Source of the DNA: Bifidobacterium breve
Lineage (GTDB): Bacteria > Actinomycetota > Actinomycetes > S36-B12 > UBA5976
DNA length: 64,000 nt
Reading direction: 5' to 3'
NCBI GenBank assembly: GCA_945866135.1
Contig: CAMBGF010000001.1
Span: 24,805 to 88,804 of the forward strand
Translations under genes and position numbers: made by a program
Shown here: positions 50,932 through 61,049 of the stretch, piece after piece
Position numbering within the stretch: position 1 is the stretch's first letter
Layout of the letters: every line of letters starts with the position of its first letter
Notes under the pieces: generated by a model
Database searches by the model: none
The model's input: only the letters and a program-made list of their open reading frames with translations
What the model was told of the DNA's origin: nothing

Positions 50932-53478
50932 CTATTTAGCGCCGTCGCGTGCCTGACAGCGCAGTGACCTATCAACGTTGTCCCTTAATTCGCGCACTAA
51001 CCTAATCGCGCCAACATCAGTTGAGCTCGCAATAAAAGCATCGGCCATTGCCATGATCTCGGGGGAGCCCAGCAGCGATGGGAAAAGTCCAAGTGTCAAA
51101 GTCTGAGAAATTTCATTAGTTCGAGTTTCCCAAATGCCCGCTAAGGAATCGAAGTACTTATCAACAAATGGAATTAGCAGTTCACGTTGATCAGGTTGCG
51201 AGAACCCGCCAACAGTTGCCTCAAGTAGCGCATTAGCTAAGCCATCATTTTCAACAACCGCGTTCCAGGCTTCCAGTTTTGCAGCTGCCGTTGGAATTCC
51301 TGCTTTAGCAGAAGCAGCTTGGCGCTGACCACCGGCAGTGTTGTCGCGAGCTAGTTCGTCATCGATGGCTGTCGTTGGTAGGCCACCAAGTGCAACGAGT
51401 CGGCCAACAAGTGACCAGCGAAGATCAGTATCCACTTCGAGTCCAGCTGGAACATTTGAACCGTCCAGCCAGCCAGCGAGTAACTCAACATGTTGCGGGG
51501 TGCGAGCTAAGCCAGCGATGTTCTTAACGAAAGCGAGCTGATGATCGCCGCCAGCATCTGCTTTAGCGAGCGCAATTAGAAGTGAGGCAAGCAGCGCGTC
51601 ACGATTTGCTGCTCGGTTTGCAGGATTAGCAAATTGCTCGATTGCGGATCGCGCTTGTAGTAATAACTGTTGGGCAACGCCAATCTCAATCTCACCTAAG
51701 TCCGTGTTTAGAACCATGCGCAAATAATCACTCGCGCTCATTTCAGCATCGCGCGTCATGTCCCAGGAAGCTCCCCAGATAAGTGCGCGAGCCACGCCAT
51801 CTTCGATGTCGCGCAATCCTGTTGCGGAAGTCTTCGCCGAGTTGTCATCAAGCCGGATTTTTACGAAAGTGTAATCGCCATCATTTAACAGCATTAAATC
51901 TGCAACTGGTTGCCCAACAAGTTCTGGTACGTCGGTACGAGCACCATCGACATCGATTTCGATTCGCTGATCTCGTTTTATTTTGGAATCAATCCGGTTG
52001 TAAAGTCCAATACCAATGTGGTGCGGGCGAAGTAGCTGATCCACACCTATCGGGGAAACTGGCGGTTCCTGCACAATTGTGACTGACTTGTACTTGCCAT
52101 CTTGGACCACTATCTCGGGGCGAAGTGTGTTTACGCCAGCAGTTTGCAACCAACGTTGCGTCCAATCCTTAAGTGAACGCCCACACGCTTGTTCAAGTTC
52201 CACGAGTAAATCTTGTAGCTCAGTGTTACCCCAGGCATGCTTCTTGAAGTAAGCGCGAATGCCAGCAAAGAATGCATCCTCACCAACCCAAGCAACCAGT
52301 TGGCGAAGCGCCGATGCACCCTTTGCATAAGTAATGCCATCAAAGTTAACTTCCACAGCGTCCAAGTCAAACATGTCAGCAACAATTGGGTGCGTCGTTG
52401 GTAACTGGTCTTGCCGGTAACCCCAAGACTTGCGCTGATTTACGAAGTTAACCCAAGCTTCGGTGTATTGCGTTGCTTCTACGGACGCGTGATGCGCAGC
52501 CCACTCAGCAAAACTTTCATTTAGCCACAGGTCATCCCACCACTTCATGGTGACTAAGTCGCCAAACCACATGTGAGCCATTTCGTGCAGCACCGTGTTG
52601 GCGCGCTGTTCGTAGGTGGCGCGCGTTACTTTACTGCGAAATACATAGCTTTCATGATGAGTAACGCAAGCCGCATTCTCCATTGCGCCAGCATTAAATT
52701 CTGGGACAAATAATTGGTCATACTTTTCAAACGGATAACCGTAATCAAAAGCTTCTTCAAAGTACTTGAAACCCTGCTTAGTAACGGTGAATAAATCTTC
52801 TGGATCTAAATACTCTGCTAAGGAATTGCGACAAAACAGACCAAGTGGGTAAGTGCCGAATTTACCTTTAAATTCATCGCGCACTTCGTAATACGGACCA
52901 GCAACTATTGCCGTGATGTAAGTGGACATTTTTGCACTTGGCGCAAATGTCCAACGCTCAATGCCATCTCGAACTGACTCTGGCATCGGTGTCGCCGAAT
53001 TACTCGTTACTTTCCAATGGTCAGGAGCAGTAATGGTGAAAGCAAAAGTTGCCTTTATGTCCGGCTGGTCAAAGCAAGCAAATACTCGGCGGGCATCAGC
53101 AATTTCAAACTGGGTGTAAAGGTAAACCTCATCGTCAACGGGATCTATGAATCTGTGCATACCTTCGCCCGTGTTCATGTATGCAGCTTCGGCTTCGACT
53201 ATCAAAACGTTGTGGGACTTTAGGTTATGCAGCGGAATTCGGAAACCATCATGAGTTCCGATATCTAGGGATTCGCCGTTTAGTTCAATTAGCTGAACTT
53301 TTGGCGCAATGAAATCAATCCAAGTCGAATTATTTTCCCGAGCAGTGAAGTGCACCGTGGTCTTGCTGGTGAAAGTGTCATCGCGAGTCGTTAGGTCTAA
53401 TTCAATTTCGTAAGTTTGAGCCTGTACTACAGCCGAGCGTTCGCTGGCTTCTAGTCTTGTGATGTTCGTACCTGACAC
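50932..53478 (-). CDS. pepN: Aminopeptidase N (M1 family)
   Basis: GAMEN, HEMAH...NE zinc motif, ITYAKG. Confidence 0.96.
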   Translation of the reverse strand: MSGTNITRLEASERSAVVQAQTYEIELDLTTRDDTFTSKTTVHFTARENNSTWIDFIAPKVQLIELNGESLDIGTHDGFRIPLHNLKSHNVLIVEAEAAYMNTGEGMHRFIDPVDDEVYLYTQFEIADARRVFACFDQPDIKATFAFTITAPDHWKVTSNSATPMPESVRDGIERWTFAPSAKMSTYITAIVAGPYYEVRDEFKGKFGTYPLGLFCRNSLAEYLDPEDLFTVTKQGFKYFEEAFDYGYPFEKYDQLFVPEFNAGAMENAACVTHHESYVFRSKVTRATYEQRANTVLHEMAHMWFGDLVTMKWWDDLWLNESFAEWAAHHASVEATQYTEAWVNFVNQRKSWGYRQDQLPTTHPIVADMFDLDAVEVNFDGITYAKGASALRQLVAWVGEDAFFAGIRAYFKKHAWGNTELQDLLVELEQACGRSLKDWTQRWLQTAGVNTLRPEIVVQDGKYKSVTIVQEPPVSPIGVDQLLRPHHIGIGLYNRIDSKIKRDQRIEIDVDGARTDVPELVGQPVADLMLLNDGDYTFVKIRLDDNSAKTSATGLRDIEDGVARALIWGASWDMTRDAEMSASDYLRMVLNTDLGEIEIGVAQQLLLQARSAIEQFANPANRAANRDALLASLLIALAKADAGGDHQLAFVKNIAGLARTPQHVELLAGWLDGSNVPAGLEVDTDLRWSLVGRLVALGGLPTTAIDDELARDNTAGGQRQAASAKAGIPTAAAKLEAWNAVVENDGLANALLEATVGGFSQPDQRELLIPFVDKYFDSLAGIWETRTNEISQTLTLGLFPSLLGSPEIMAMADAFIASSTDVGAIRLVRELRDNVDRSLRCQARDGAK

Positions 53479-53566
53479 AGGCGTACTCCTTGTGAATCAA
53501 ACTGGTGGCTGTGTCTAGTTTGACACTTAAAAGCCGGCTGGCAACATGTGGGTCTAATCTGAAGGC

Positions 53567-54181
53567 ATGACACAAACGAAAACAGCTGCTGATTTCTGGT
53601 TCGATCCGATTTGTCCCTGGGCTTGGATTTCCTCGCGCTGGATGTTAGAGGTTGAACAGGTGCGTCCAGTAACTACAAACTGGCACGTTATGTCACTGGC
53701 AGTACTAAACGAGGGCCGCGAATTACCTGAGAAGTACGTTGATTTAATGAAGCGCGCTTGGGCTCCGGTTCGGGTGGTAATTGCTGCGCAACAACGGCAC
53801 GGCCTGAATATTACAGGTCCGCTTTACAGCGCGATGGGAACTCGCATTCATAATCAAGGTCGTGGTGATGACTACATACCTGTGATTACCGAGTCGTTAG
53901 CAGAGTGTGGCCTGGATGCAGATTTGATTTCAGCCGCGAATTCCACTGAATTCGATGAAGCTTTAAATGTTAGCCATCATGCAGGAATGGATCCGGTTGG
54001 CATGGATGTCGGTACACCCGTTATTCATGTAAATGACACGGCATTCTTTGGACCAGTTATTTCGCCCACACCTCGCGGCGAGGCGGCCGGAAAATTGTGG
54101 GACGGCGTTTTGCTAGTTTCAGCAACTGACGGCTTCTTTGAGTTAAAGCGCACTCGTACCCGCGATCCAATTTTCGATTAG
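53567..54181 (+). CDS. DsbA-like thiol oxidoreductase (Rv2466c-like)
   Basis: FWFDPICPWAWISSRW, VGTP, FFELKR. Confidence 0.88.
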   Translation: MTQTKTAADFWFDPICPWAWISSRWMLEVEQVRPVTTNWHVMSLAVLNEGRELPEKYVDLMKRAWAPVRVVIAAQQRHGLNITGPLYSAMGTRIHNQGRGDDYIPVITESLAECGLDADLISAANSTEFDEALNVSHHAGMDPVGMDVGTPVIHVNDTAFFGPVISPTPRGEAAGKLWDGVLLVSATDGFFELKRTRTRDPIFD

Positions 54182-54218
54182 TCGCCAATTTTTACCTCTG
54201 AACTGGAAAGATAAACCC

Positions 54219-54665
54219 ATGCGCGTTCATTTAGCCACCGATCATGCCGGCTTGGAATTTAAAGATGCATTGACTAAGTATTTAGCCAGCAAAGGTTACG
54301 AAGTAGTTGACCACGGCGCCTATGTTTATGACGCAGAAGATGACTATCCAGCGTTTTGTATTGCAGCGGCGCAAGCAGTTGCTGCTGAGCCAGGTTCCCT
54401 TGGGGTAGTTTTTGGTGGCTCCGGCAACGGCGAACAAATCGCAGCTAACAAAGTTAAGGGCGTGCGCGCGGCGCTGGCTTGGAGCATCGCAACAGCGCAG
54501 TTAGCTAAAGAACATAACAATGCAAACGTGGTTGGGATAGGCGCCCGGCAACACACCCAAACTGAAGCGTTTGAAATTATTGATGCGTTTTTAGAAACCC
54601 CGTTTAGTGATGCGCAGCGCCATGTGCGTCGCATTGGGCAGATTGCAGACTACGAAAACCGATAA
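54219..54665 (+). CDS. rpiB: Ribose-5-phosphate isomerase B
   Basis: DHAG, DDYP, GGSGNGE, HNNANV, RHVRRI. Confidence 0.96.
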   Translation: MRVHLATDHAGLEFKDALTKYLASKGYEVVDHGAYVYDAEDDYPAFCIAAAQAVAAEPGSLGVVFGGSGNGEQIAANKVKGVRAALAWSIATAQLAKEHNNANVVGIGARQHTQTEAFEIIDAFLETPFSDAQRHVRRIGQIADYENR

Positions 54666-56603
54666 CTAGTGATTACAAGTGCAGGGCTTGGTTAAATCAC
54701 CATTGCATCGCAAGCAAACAGGCATTGAAGGCGCTACATCCATTGCTGGGCTGCGCTTAAAAAATCCTGAAGGTTTCAGCATGAAACCAATTCGCTCAAC
54801 TGGCATAACTGGCCAGTCTTCAAGTCTTGGAATGTGATTAACACCAAACACGTACCACATAACAACGTCTTCATTAACAAGATTTCGATTCTGCTTAGTC
54901 CACCTTGGAAGACCATCCCCACCTGCATGTTGAAATGGATATTCACCTGCAGGGTATCTTTCCTGGCGGCGGTTAGGGGTCACCCAGAGATGTTGGAACA
55001 TAAAGCCCGCCCTCTTACCAATAACAGAATCAGGAGAGGCGAGCGGAAAAGTGTTTCCCTCGGGAACTAATTTGAAACCGACAGATTTATTCATGTGATT
55101 CTTTTTATTTGGATTAACAATCTTCCAATAGCGACTGGTCATCAAGTTCAGCATTCGTCCCGACATGTTTTCCGCTTCAATCGGAGTCTCTTGAGTTATG
55201 TAAGCGCCACCATGAATATTTTCTGGTCCCATTTTTTTTGCAACTGAGTCAACTTCAATGACGGAGTTCTTTTCACCGTCAACATCTAAGTCCAGGCGCG
55301 CACAAAAAGTATGTTGATGATATGGAGCCCACAGGCCAGGTTCCATTTCGGTGGCTGAAGGATGATCAACTCCAGGAGTGTCTGCAAGCGTTAAGACAAT
55401 TCCTGTTAACTTAGCTTCAAATTCAATGGACCCATCCTGATAGAAGTACCAGAAATATCCATATTCGTAATTGTTAATGGTCACGATTGACGAAACAACA
55501 AAGCGTCGACCTCTTCGCACTTCCACATGCCCATCAATATCGACATGCTTCCACAAAATTCCATGGTCTTCTTCGTGCATGCAAATTGCATTTTTAATTT
55601 CGCGAACATCTCCCTCAGGAGTTAGCAGGTGAACATCCTTATATGTAATTTCCCCGAGGCAGTCGCAGCCAAGTGTTAAAGAGTTGGTGTAACTACCAAG
55701 TCCGAATTCTCCGGTGTCGAAAGCGTTCTTGCGGTAGGTGCCTTGACTTGGATCACCATAGGGAATGACCAGTTCGGCAATAGACATTCGGTAACCGATT
55801 CTTCGTTCAATTCCGTTGTCATCAAATCGAACATCGTGAATAACCAAACCCTCACGATGATCCCAACCAACTCGAAAGTTCCAACGCTCCCAATTAATTT
55901 TCCAGCCCTGCACCTCACTGGAAGCGCCATCCTTTTGGATGATCTGTAAATCTTTTAGCGTTAAATTGGCACCTGTTTGTGATGCTCGGTAGTCACCAGG
56001 CGTCATAGGGATTGGAGTGACACCACTGTCTTCAATAGCAACCACTTCTTCAGCTTCCAAATCAACAATTGCGTAAAGCCCATTGATTGGGTGCGCATAC
56101 ACATTTGATTCTGGTGTTGGACGCAACCACATTGGTGTCCAAACAAGCCGTTTGCCATTGTCGAGATGCTGTGGAATTTGCGCTCCAATTGGCCAAGTCT
56201 CCACATAGACCTGCGTGTCTGGGTCGGTGATGCCTCGCAACTTCAAAGCCTCACGAACACGAGTGTCTCTTAGAACTGCTTTTACTGCCAGCGCAGACTC
56301 AGTTAAGACAACGGGCGCTTTCGCCCCATCGATCAACGTCCAACTAATGGCGCAGCCAGTTGTCGTAAGCACTCCTTCAAAAACCTGCGAAGTTGGCCTG
56401 TGTAGGAATGAGATACGCACTGTTCTCACAAACTCAGATTTTGGTGTCCAGTCAAGGACTGCCGCCTTGGTTGGCTCAGCGAGTTGGCAGGTAAGTAAAA
56501 AGTAAGTTGAGTCAATGCCCCAAAGATTTCGGGCATGTTGCATGACACTTTCGAGTTCAACTTTTGACAGCGGATCCAGTGGATGCGCAAACAAGGTGGC
56601 CAT
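54666..56603 (-). CDS. Copper-containing primary amine oxidase (TPQ)
   Basis: HPLDPL, AFD.GE, GCDC, TxxNYEY TPQ consensus, HQH and NHIPR.EDWPVMP copper ligands. Confidence 0.94.
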   Translation of the reverse strand: MATLFAHPLDPLSKVELESVMQHARNLWGIDSTYFLLTCQLAEPTKAAVLDWTPKSEFVRTVRISFLHRPTSQVFEGVLTTTGCAISWTLIDGAKAPVVLTESALAVKAVLRDTRVREALKLRGITDPDTQVYVETWPIGAQIPQHLDNGKRLVWTPMWLRPTPESNVYAHPINGLYAIVDLEAEEVVAIEDSGVTPIPMTPGDYRASQTGANLTLKDLQIIQKDGASSEVQGWKINWERWNFRVGWDHREGLVIHDVRFDDNGIERRIGYRMSIAELVIPYGDPSQGTYRKNAFDTGEFGLGSYTNSLTLGCDCLGEITYKDVHLLTPEGDVREIKNAICMHEEDHGILWKHVDIDGHVEVRRGRRFVVSSIVTINNYEYGYFWYFYQDGSIEFEAKLTGIVLTLADTPGVDHPSATEMEPGLWAPYHQHTFCARLDLDVDGEKNSVIEVDSVAKKMGPENIHGGAYITQETPIEAENMSGRMLNLMTSRYWKIVNPNKKNHMNKSVGFKLVPEGNTFPLASPDSVIGKRAGFMFQHLWVTPNRRQERYPAGEYPFQHAGGDGLPRWTKQNRNLVNEDVVMWYVFGVNHIPRLEDWPVMPVERIGFMLKPSGFFKRSPAMDVAPSMPVCLRCNGDLTKPCTCNH

Positions 56604-56657
56604 CCATGAAGCCTATTAAAACTGCAAGGTCGGTGTACTTGAAATTCTTCGAGAACT

Positions 56658-56731
56658 TGGAGCGGGTGACCGGGATCGAACCGGCATGGCCAGCTTGGAA
56701 GGCTGGGGCTCTACCATTGAGCTACACCCGC
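56658..56731 (-). tRNA. tRNA-Gly (UCC)
   Basis: GCGGGTG/CACCCGC acceptor, CCAGC-CTTCCAA-GCTGG anticodon arm, CCA end. Confidence 0.95.
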
Positions 56732-56803
56732 GAGCCAACCTTTTTCCGGTTGGACGCGAATTTAGACTATCGCATCATTTCTACTACAATCGAACAGCAA
56801 GAT

Positions 56804-56876
56804 CGGGGCGTAGCGTAGTGGCTAGCGCGCCTGCTTTGGGAGCAGGAGACCGAGAGTTCGAGTCTCTCCGCCCCGA
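56804..56876 (+). tRNA. tRNA-Pro (UGG), CCA not encoded
   Basis: CGGGGCG/CGCCCCG acceptor, CCTGC-TTTGGGA-GCAGG anticodon arm, GTTCGAG T loop. Confidence 0.95.
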
Positions 56877-56888
56877 CTCGTAGTTGCG

Positions 56889-56918
56889 GAGTCCGCCTTA
56901 TTTATTTAGGGCGGGCTC
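56889..56918 (+). other. RNA hairpin between tRNA-Pro and tig
   Basis: GAGTCCGCCTTA-TTTATT-TAGGGCGGGCTC, 12-bp stem with GU pairs, no U tract. Confidence 0.5.
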
Positions 56919-56950
56919 TACACATCTAACGCGTTATAAGTAGGAGAACC

Positions 56951-58285
56951 GTGAAGAGCGCCGTAGAAAATATTTCCCCATCCCGCGTGAAGATCACTGT
57001 CGAGATGCCATTTGCTGAACTTCAGCCAAACCTGGATTCGGCTTACCAACGCATTGGTGCGCAAGTGAGTATTCCGGGTTTCCGCAAGGGAAAAATCCCC
57101 ACCCGCATAATTGATCAGCGCGTTGGACGAGTGGCAGTTCTGGAAGAAGCAGTAAACGATGCAATTCCATCTGGCCTAGCTCAGGCATTAATTGAAAATG
57201 AAATTGTGCAACTGGGTCGCCCAGAAGTTGATGTGACAACGCTAGATGAAGAGGTCGGTTTAATTTTCACAGCTGAACTTGATATCAGCCCAGAATTTGA
57301 ACTACCTAAATTTAAAGAACTTAAAGTTGTCGTCGATAATGCAGAAGTAACTACTGACCAAGTTGAGGAACAGCTAACTGCGCTACGTGGACGCTTTGGT
57401 GCATTAAAAGATGTACAGCGTGCTGCCAAAGATGGCGACGTTTTGTTAGTTGATCTGCGCGGTGATCATGAAGGCCAAGAAGTAGAAGAACTCTCAGCAA
57501 CTGCGTTTAGCTATGAACTTGGTTCTGACGATATGGTGCCTGGATTTGATGACGCAGTTCGTGGCGCCAAAGCAGATGAAGTTCGTCACTTCTTATTTAC
57601 ACCTACTGCCGGGCAGTGGACTGATAAGGGAATCACTGTGGAAGTAAAAGTATTGGGAGTGCGCGAGCGCGAACTTCCCGCCGCTGACGATGAATTTGCG
57701 CAACTTGCCAGTGAGTTCGACACTATTGGTGAACTGCGCGAAGACATTCGCACTCGCCTAGGTCGGGTTCGCCTAGTTGAACAGGCTTACCAAGCGCGCG
57801 ACCTAACCCACGATGCGCTAATGGAAGCAGTAAAGCTCGATCTTCCAGATCGCACTATCCAGGACGAGATTGCCGCACACTTTGAAGATGGTCACGGCGA
57901 TGATGCGCATCGTATGGAATATGAAACAACTACTCGAAGTGGACTTAAATCACGTTTGATTTTAGACAAGATTGCCCAGACCGAAGATCTCCAAGTTAAT
58001 GATGCCGAGCTTTCCCAGTGGCTGATCCAAGAAGCCCAGCGTTACAACATGGCGCCAGATCAGTTTGCTGATCAGCTAGTGAAGTCCGGTCAGGTTCAGG
58101 GCGCAGTTTCTGAGGTTCGCCGCGCTAAGGCGCTTGCTCATGTCCTGGAAAGTGTCGCAGTTGTAGATAAGTCCGGTAACAAGGTCGATTTAGAGTCAGT
58201 ACTTCGTGGCGAAGAATCAGCTGAAGACTTCGCGGTGGACTTTGACGCCAGTTCGGATACTGAAAACTTTGAGGCCGACGAATAG
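56951..58285 (+). CDS. tig: Trigger factor
   Basis: IPGFRKGKIP signature; RBS AGGAG. Confidence 0.96.
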   Translation: MKSAVENISPSRVKITVEMPFAELQPNLDSAYQRIGAQVSIPGFRKGKIPTRIIDQRVGRVAVLEEAVNDAIPSGLAQALIENEIVQLGRPEVDVTTLDEEVGLIFTAELDISPEFELPKFKELKVVVDNAEVTTDQVEEQLTALRGRFGALKDVQRAAKDGDVLLVDLRGDHEGQEVEELSATAFSYELGSDDMVPGFDDAVRGAKADEVRHFLFTPTAGQWTDKGITVEVKVLGVRERELPAADDEFAQLASEFDTIGELREDIRTRLGRVRLVEQAYQARDLTHDALMEAVKLDLPDRTIQDEIAAHFEDGHGDDAHRMEYETTTRSGLKSRLILDKIAQTEDLQVNDAELSQWLIQEAQRYNMAPDQFADQLVKSGQVQGAVSEVRRAKALAHVLESVAVVDKSGNKVDLESVLRGEESAEDFAVDFDASSDTENFEADE

Positions 58286-58309
58286 TCGTACTTGTTGGTA
58301 GTTCCAGCA

Positions 58310-58323
58310 CGCTAGGAGCGAAC
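58310..58323. promoter_or_regulatory. ClgR-type operator upstream of clpP1
   Basis: CGC-TAGGA-GCGAAC is the reverse complement of the actinobacterial ClgR motif GTTCGC-N5-GCG. Confidence 0.7.
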
Positions 58324-58398
58324 AAGGCCATGTCGCCCATGCCAATGTCAGGCTGACCCCTTATTGTTTAGGAGTTAGCAAAACATTTAGGAGTAATT

Positions 58399-59034
58399 GT
58401 GAGCGGCATCGAGATCCCAGGGTTAAATCTCCCGGAAGCACGCACCCCGTCCCCAACTGGACAGCAATTTGGCGATTCGGTCTACCAGCGCCTGTTGCAA
58501 GATCGCATTATTTTCCTAGGCACCCAAGTTGCTGATGACATGGCAAATGCCATTTGTGCTCAGATTTTACTTTTGGCTGCTGATGACCCGGAAAAGGATA
58601 TTTTCCTTTACATAAATTCTCCTGGTGGCTCAATCAGCGCGGGTATGGCAATTTATGACACCATGCAGTTTGTTAAAAATGATGTAGCAACAGTGGCAAT
58701 GGGACTTGCTGCCTCTATGGGTCAGTTCCTGTTATGTGCTGGCGCATCGGGCAAGCGTTACTCGCTGCCGCACGCCCGCATCATGATGCACCAACCCTCC
58801 GGTGGTATCGGTGGAACTGCAGCTGATATCAAGATCCAAGCCGAACAAATGAAATTTACTAAGGCAAAGATGGCAGAACTTATTGCCGAACATACTGGTC
58901 AGTCAATGCAAACAGTTACTGATGATTCTGATCGTGACCGATGGTTCACTGCAGAAGAAGCAAAAGATTATGGTTTCGTCGATCACGTTGTGCGCAGTGC
59001 GCGCGATGTGGCCGGCGAAGGCGGAACGGCATAA
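58399..59034 (+). CDS. clpP1: ATP-dependent Clp protease proteolytic subunit 1
   Basis: YINSPGGS, AASMG, MHQP, DRDRW. Confidence 0.96.
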   Translation: MSGIEIPGLNLPEARTPSPTGQQFGDSVYQRLLQDRIIFLGTQVADDMANAICAQILLLAADDPEKDIFLYINSPGGSISAGMAIYDTMQFVKNDVATVAMGLAASMGQFLLCAGASGKRYSLPHARIMMHQPSGGIGGTAADIKIQAEQMKFTKAKMAELIAEHTGQSMQTVTDDSDRDRWFTAEEAKDYGFVDHVVRSARDVAGEGGTA

Positions 59035-59045
59035 GGGAGATACTC

Positions 59046-59663
59046 ATGGATTACTCACCACAATCGCGTTACATTCTGCCGAACTACATTGAGCGCACAC
59101 CGCAAGGTATCCGGGAATACAACCCTTATGGCAAGTTATTCGAAGAGCGCATTATTTTCCTAGGTGTGCAAATTGATGACGCTTCTGCTGATGACGTTAT
59201 GGCGCAGCTTTTGGTTTTGGAATCACTTGATCCAGAGCGCGACATTCAGATGTACATCAATTCACCAGGTGGTTCTTACACTGCGATGACTGCAATTTAT
59301 GACACTATGCAATTCGTGAAATGCAACGTGCAAACCGTATGTCTTGGCCAAGCAGCTTCGGCCGCTTCAGTAATTCTTGCTGCTGGCGCGCCAGGAAAGC
59401 GTTTTGCTCTGCCACATGCGCGCATTCTGATTCATCAGCCATACACCGAAGGTGGCGGCCAAGGTTCAGACATTGAGATTCAAGCTAATGAAATCTTGCG
59501 CATGCGCGATGAGATGGAAGGCATTTTCTCGCACCATACTGGGCGCTCTGTTGATGAGATCCGCATAGACATGGATCGGGACAAAATCCTTACCGCCCCA
59601 CAGGCAAAGGAATACGGAATCATCGATCAGGTACTAACTTCGCGGGTTCCACTGAATAAATAG
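59046..59663 (+). CDS. clpP2: ATP-dependent Clp protease proteolytic subunit 2 (start moved to 59046)
   Basis: SRYILP, YINSPGGS, GQAASA, IHQP; RBS AGGGAGA. Confidence 0.95.
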   Translation: MDYSPQSRYILPNYIERTPQGIREYNPYGKLFEERIIFLGVQIDDASADDVMAQLLVLESLDPERDIQMYINSPGGSYTAMTAIYDTMQFVKCNVQTVCLGQAASAASVILAAGAPGKRFALPHARILIHQPYTEGGGQGSDIEIQANEILRMRDEMEGIFSHHTGRSVDEIRIDMDRDKILTAPQAKEYGIIDQVLTSRVPLNK

Positions 59664-59766
59664 CCTTCTTTTGGCGTGTACGCCAAGAGAAAACGCTTGA
59701 TTCAAGGTACTTTGGAGGAACGCTCGAAGTATCTGTCCACACTTATTCCCCCGGGAGGTGACCACT

Positions 59767-61047
59767 ATGGCTCGTATTGGCGAAAGTGGCGACCTGTTGA
59801 AGTGTTCGTTCTGTGGCAAAAGCCAGAAGCAGGTCAAGAAATTGATCGCTGGCCCAGCCGTATACATCTGTGACGAATGCATTGACTTGTGCAATGAAAT
59901 CATTGAAGAAGAATTAGGCGAGTCGGTAAACCTCGGTTGGGATGAACTTCCTAAGCCGCGCGAGATATTTGCATTCCTTGATCAGTATGTAATCGGTCAA
60001 GAAGTTGCCAAGAAGTCGCTTTCAGTTGCTGTCTATAACCATTACAAGCGAGTACAAGCTGGCGCGAATGAATCCACGCGCGAAGAAAGCGTTGAACTTG
60101 CTAAGTCAAATATTTTGTTACTTGGCCCAACAGGTTCAGGTAAGACGCTGCTCGCGCAGACTTTAGCTCGCATGCTAAATGTTCCGTTTGCTATTGCAGA
60201 TGCCACCGCACTTACTGAGGCTGGTTATGTCGGGGAAGATGTGGAAAACATCTTGCTGAAACTAATTCAGGCTGCAGATTACGACGTAAAAAAAGCGGAA
60301 ACTGGAATCATATACATTGATGAAATCGACAAGGTAGCTCGCAAGAGCGAAAACCCTTCGATCACTCGCGACGTTTCAGGTGAAGGTGTCCAGCAAGCTC
60401 TTTTGAAAATTCTGGAAGGTACAACTGCCTCAGTTCCGCCACAAGGTGGGCGCAAGCATCCGCATCAGGAATTTATTCAAATTGATACCAGCAACGTCTT
60501 GTTTATTGTTGGTGGCGCATTTGCCGGCTTAGATCAAATTATTCGTCAGCGAATTGGCAAGAAAGCGCTGGGCTTCACGGCCAACATTGAGCAAAAGGAA
60601 ATTAACGAACAAGATATCTTCTCGCAGGTTATGCCAGAAGATATGTTGAAGTTCGGCATGATTCCAGAATTCATTGGTCGCTTGCCAGTATTCACTTCCG
60701 TTGCCCAGCTCGACAAAGAAGCGCTTGTGGCTGTTTTAACGCAACCAAAGAACGCTTTAGTTCGGCAGTACCAAAAACTATTTGACTTAGATGGCGTGGA
60801 GCTTGAATTCACACCTGATGCACTTGAGGCAGTTGCGGAACAAGCAATTCTGCGTGGCACAGGTGCTCGTGGATTGCGCGCGATCATGGAAGAAGTTTTG
60901 TTAACGGTTATGTACGACGTACCTAGCCGCGATGACGTAGCTCGAGTAGTCATTAACCGGGAAGTTGTCCTAAAGAACGTTAATCCAACTCTGATTCCGC
61001 GGGATGCACCAGTTGCAAAACGAATTCCAAAGGAAAAGTCAGCTTAG
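59767..61047 (+). CDS. clpX: Clp protease ATP-binding subunit ClpX
   Basis: CSFCGK zinc finger, [23 protein letters not shown] loop; RBS GGAGG 8 nt upstream. Confidence 0.97.
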   Translation: MARIGESGDLLKCSFCGKSQKQVKKLIAGPAVYICDECIDLCNEIIEEELGESVNLGWDELPKPREIFAFLDQYVIGQEVAKKSLSVAVYNHYKRVQAGANESTREESVELAKSNILLLGPTGSGKTLLAQTLARMLNVPFAIADATALTEAGYVGEDVENILLKLIQAADYDVKKAETGIIYIDEIDKVARKSENPSITRDVSGEGVQQALLKILEGTTASVPPQGGRKHPHQEFIQIDTSNVLFIVGGAFAGLDQIIRQRIGKKALGFTANIEQKEINEQDIFSQVMPEDMLKFGMIPEFIGRLPVFTSVAQLDKEALVAVLTQPKNALVRQYQKLFDLDGVELEFTPDALEAVAEQAILRGTGARGLRAIMEEVLLTVMYDVPSRDDVARVVINREVVLKNVNPTLIPRDAPVAKRIPKEKSA

Positions 61048-61049
61048 TT

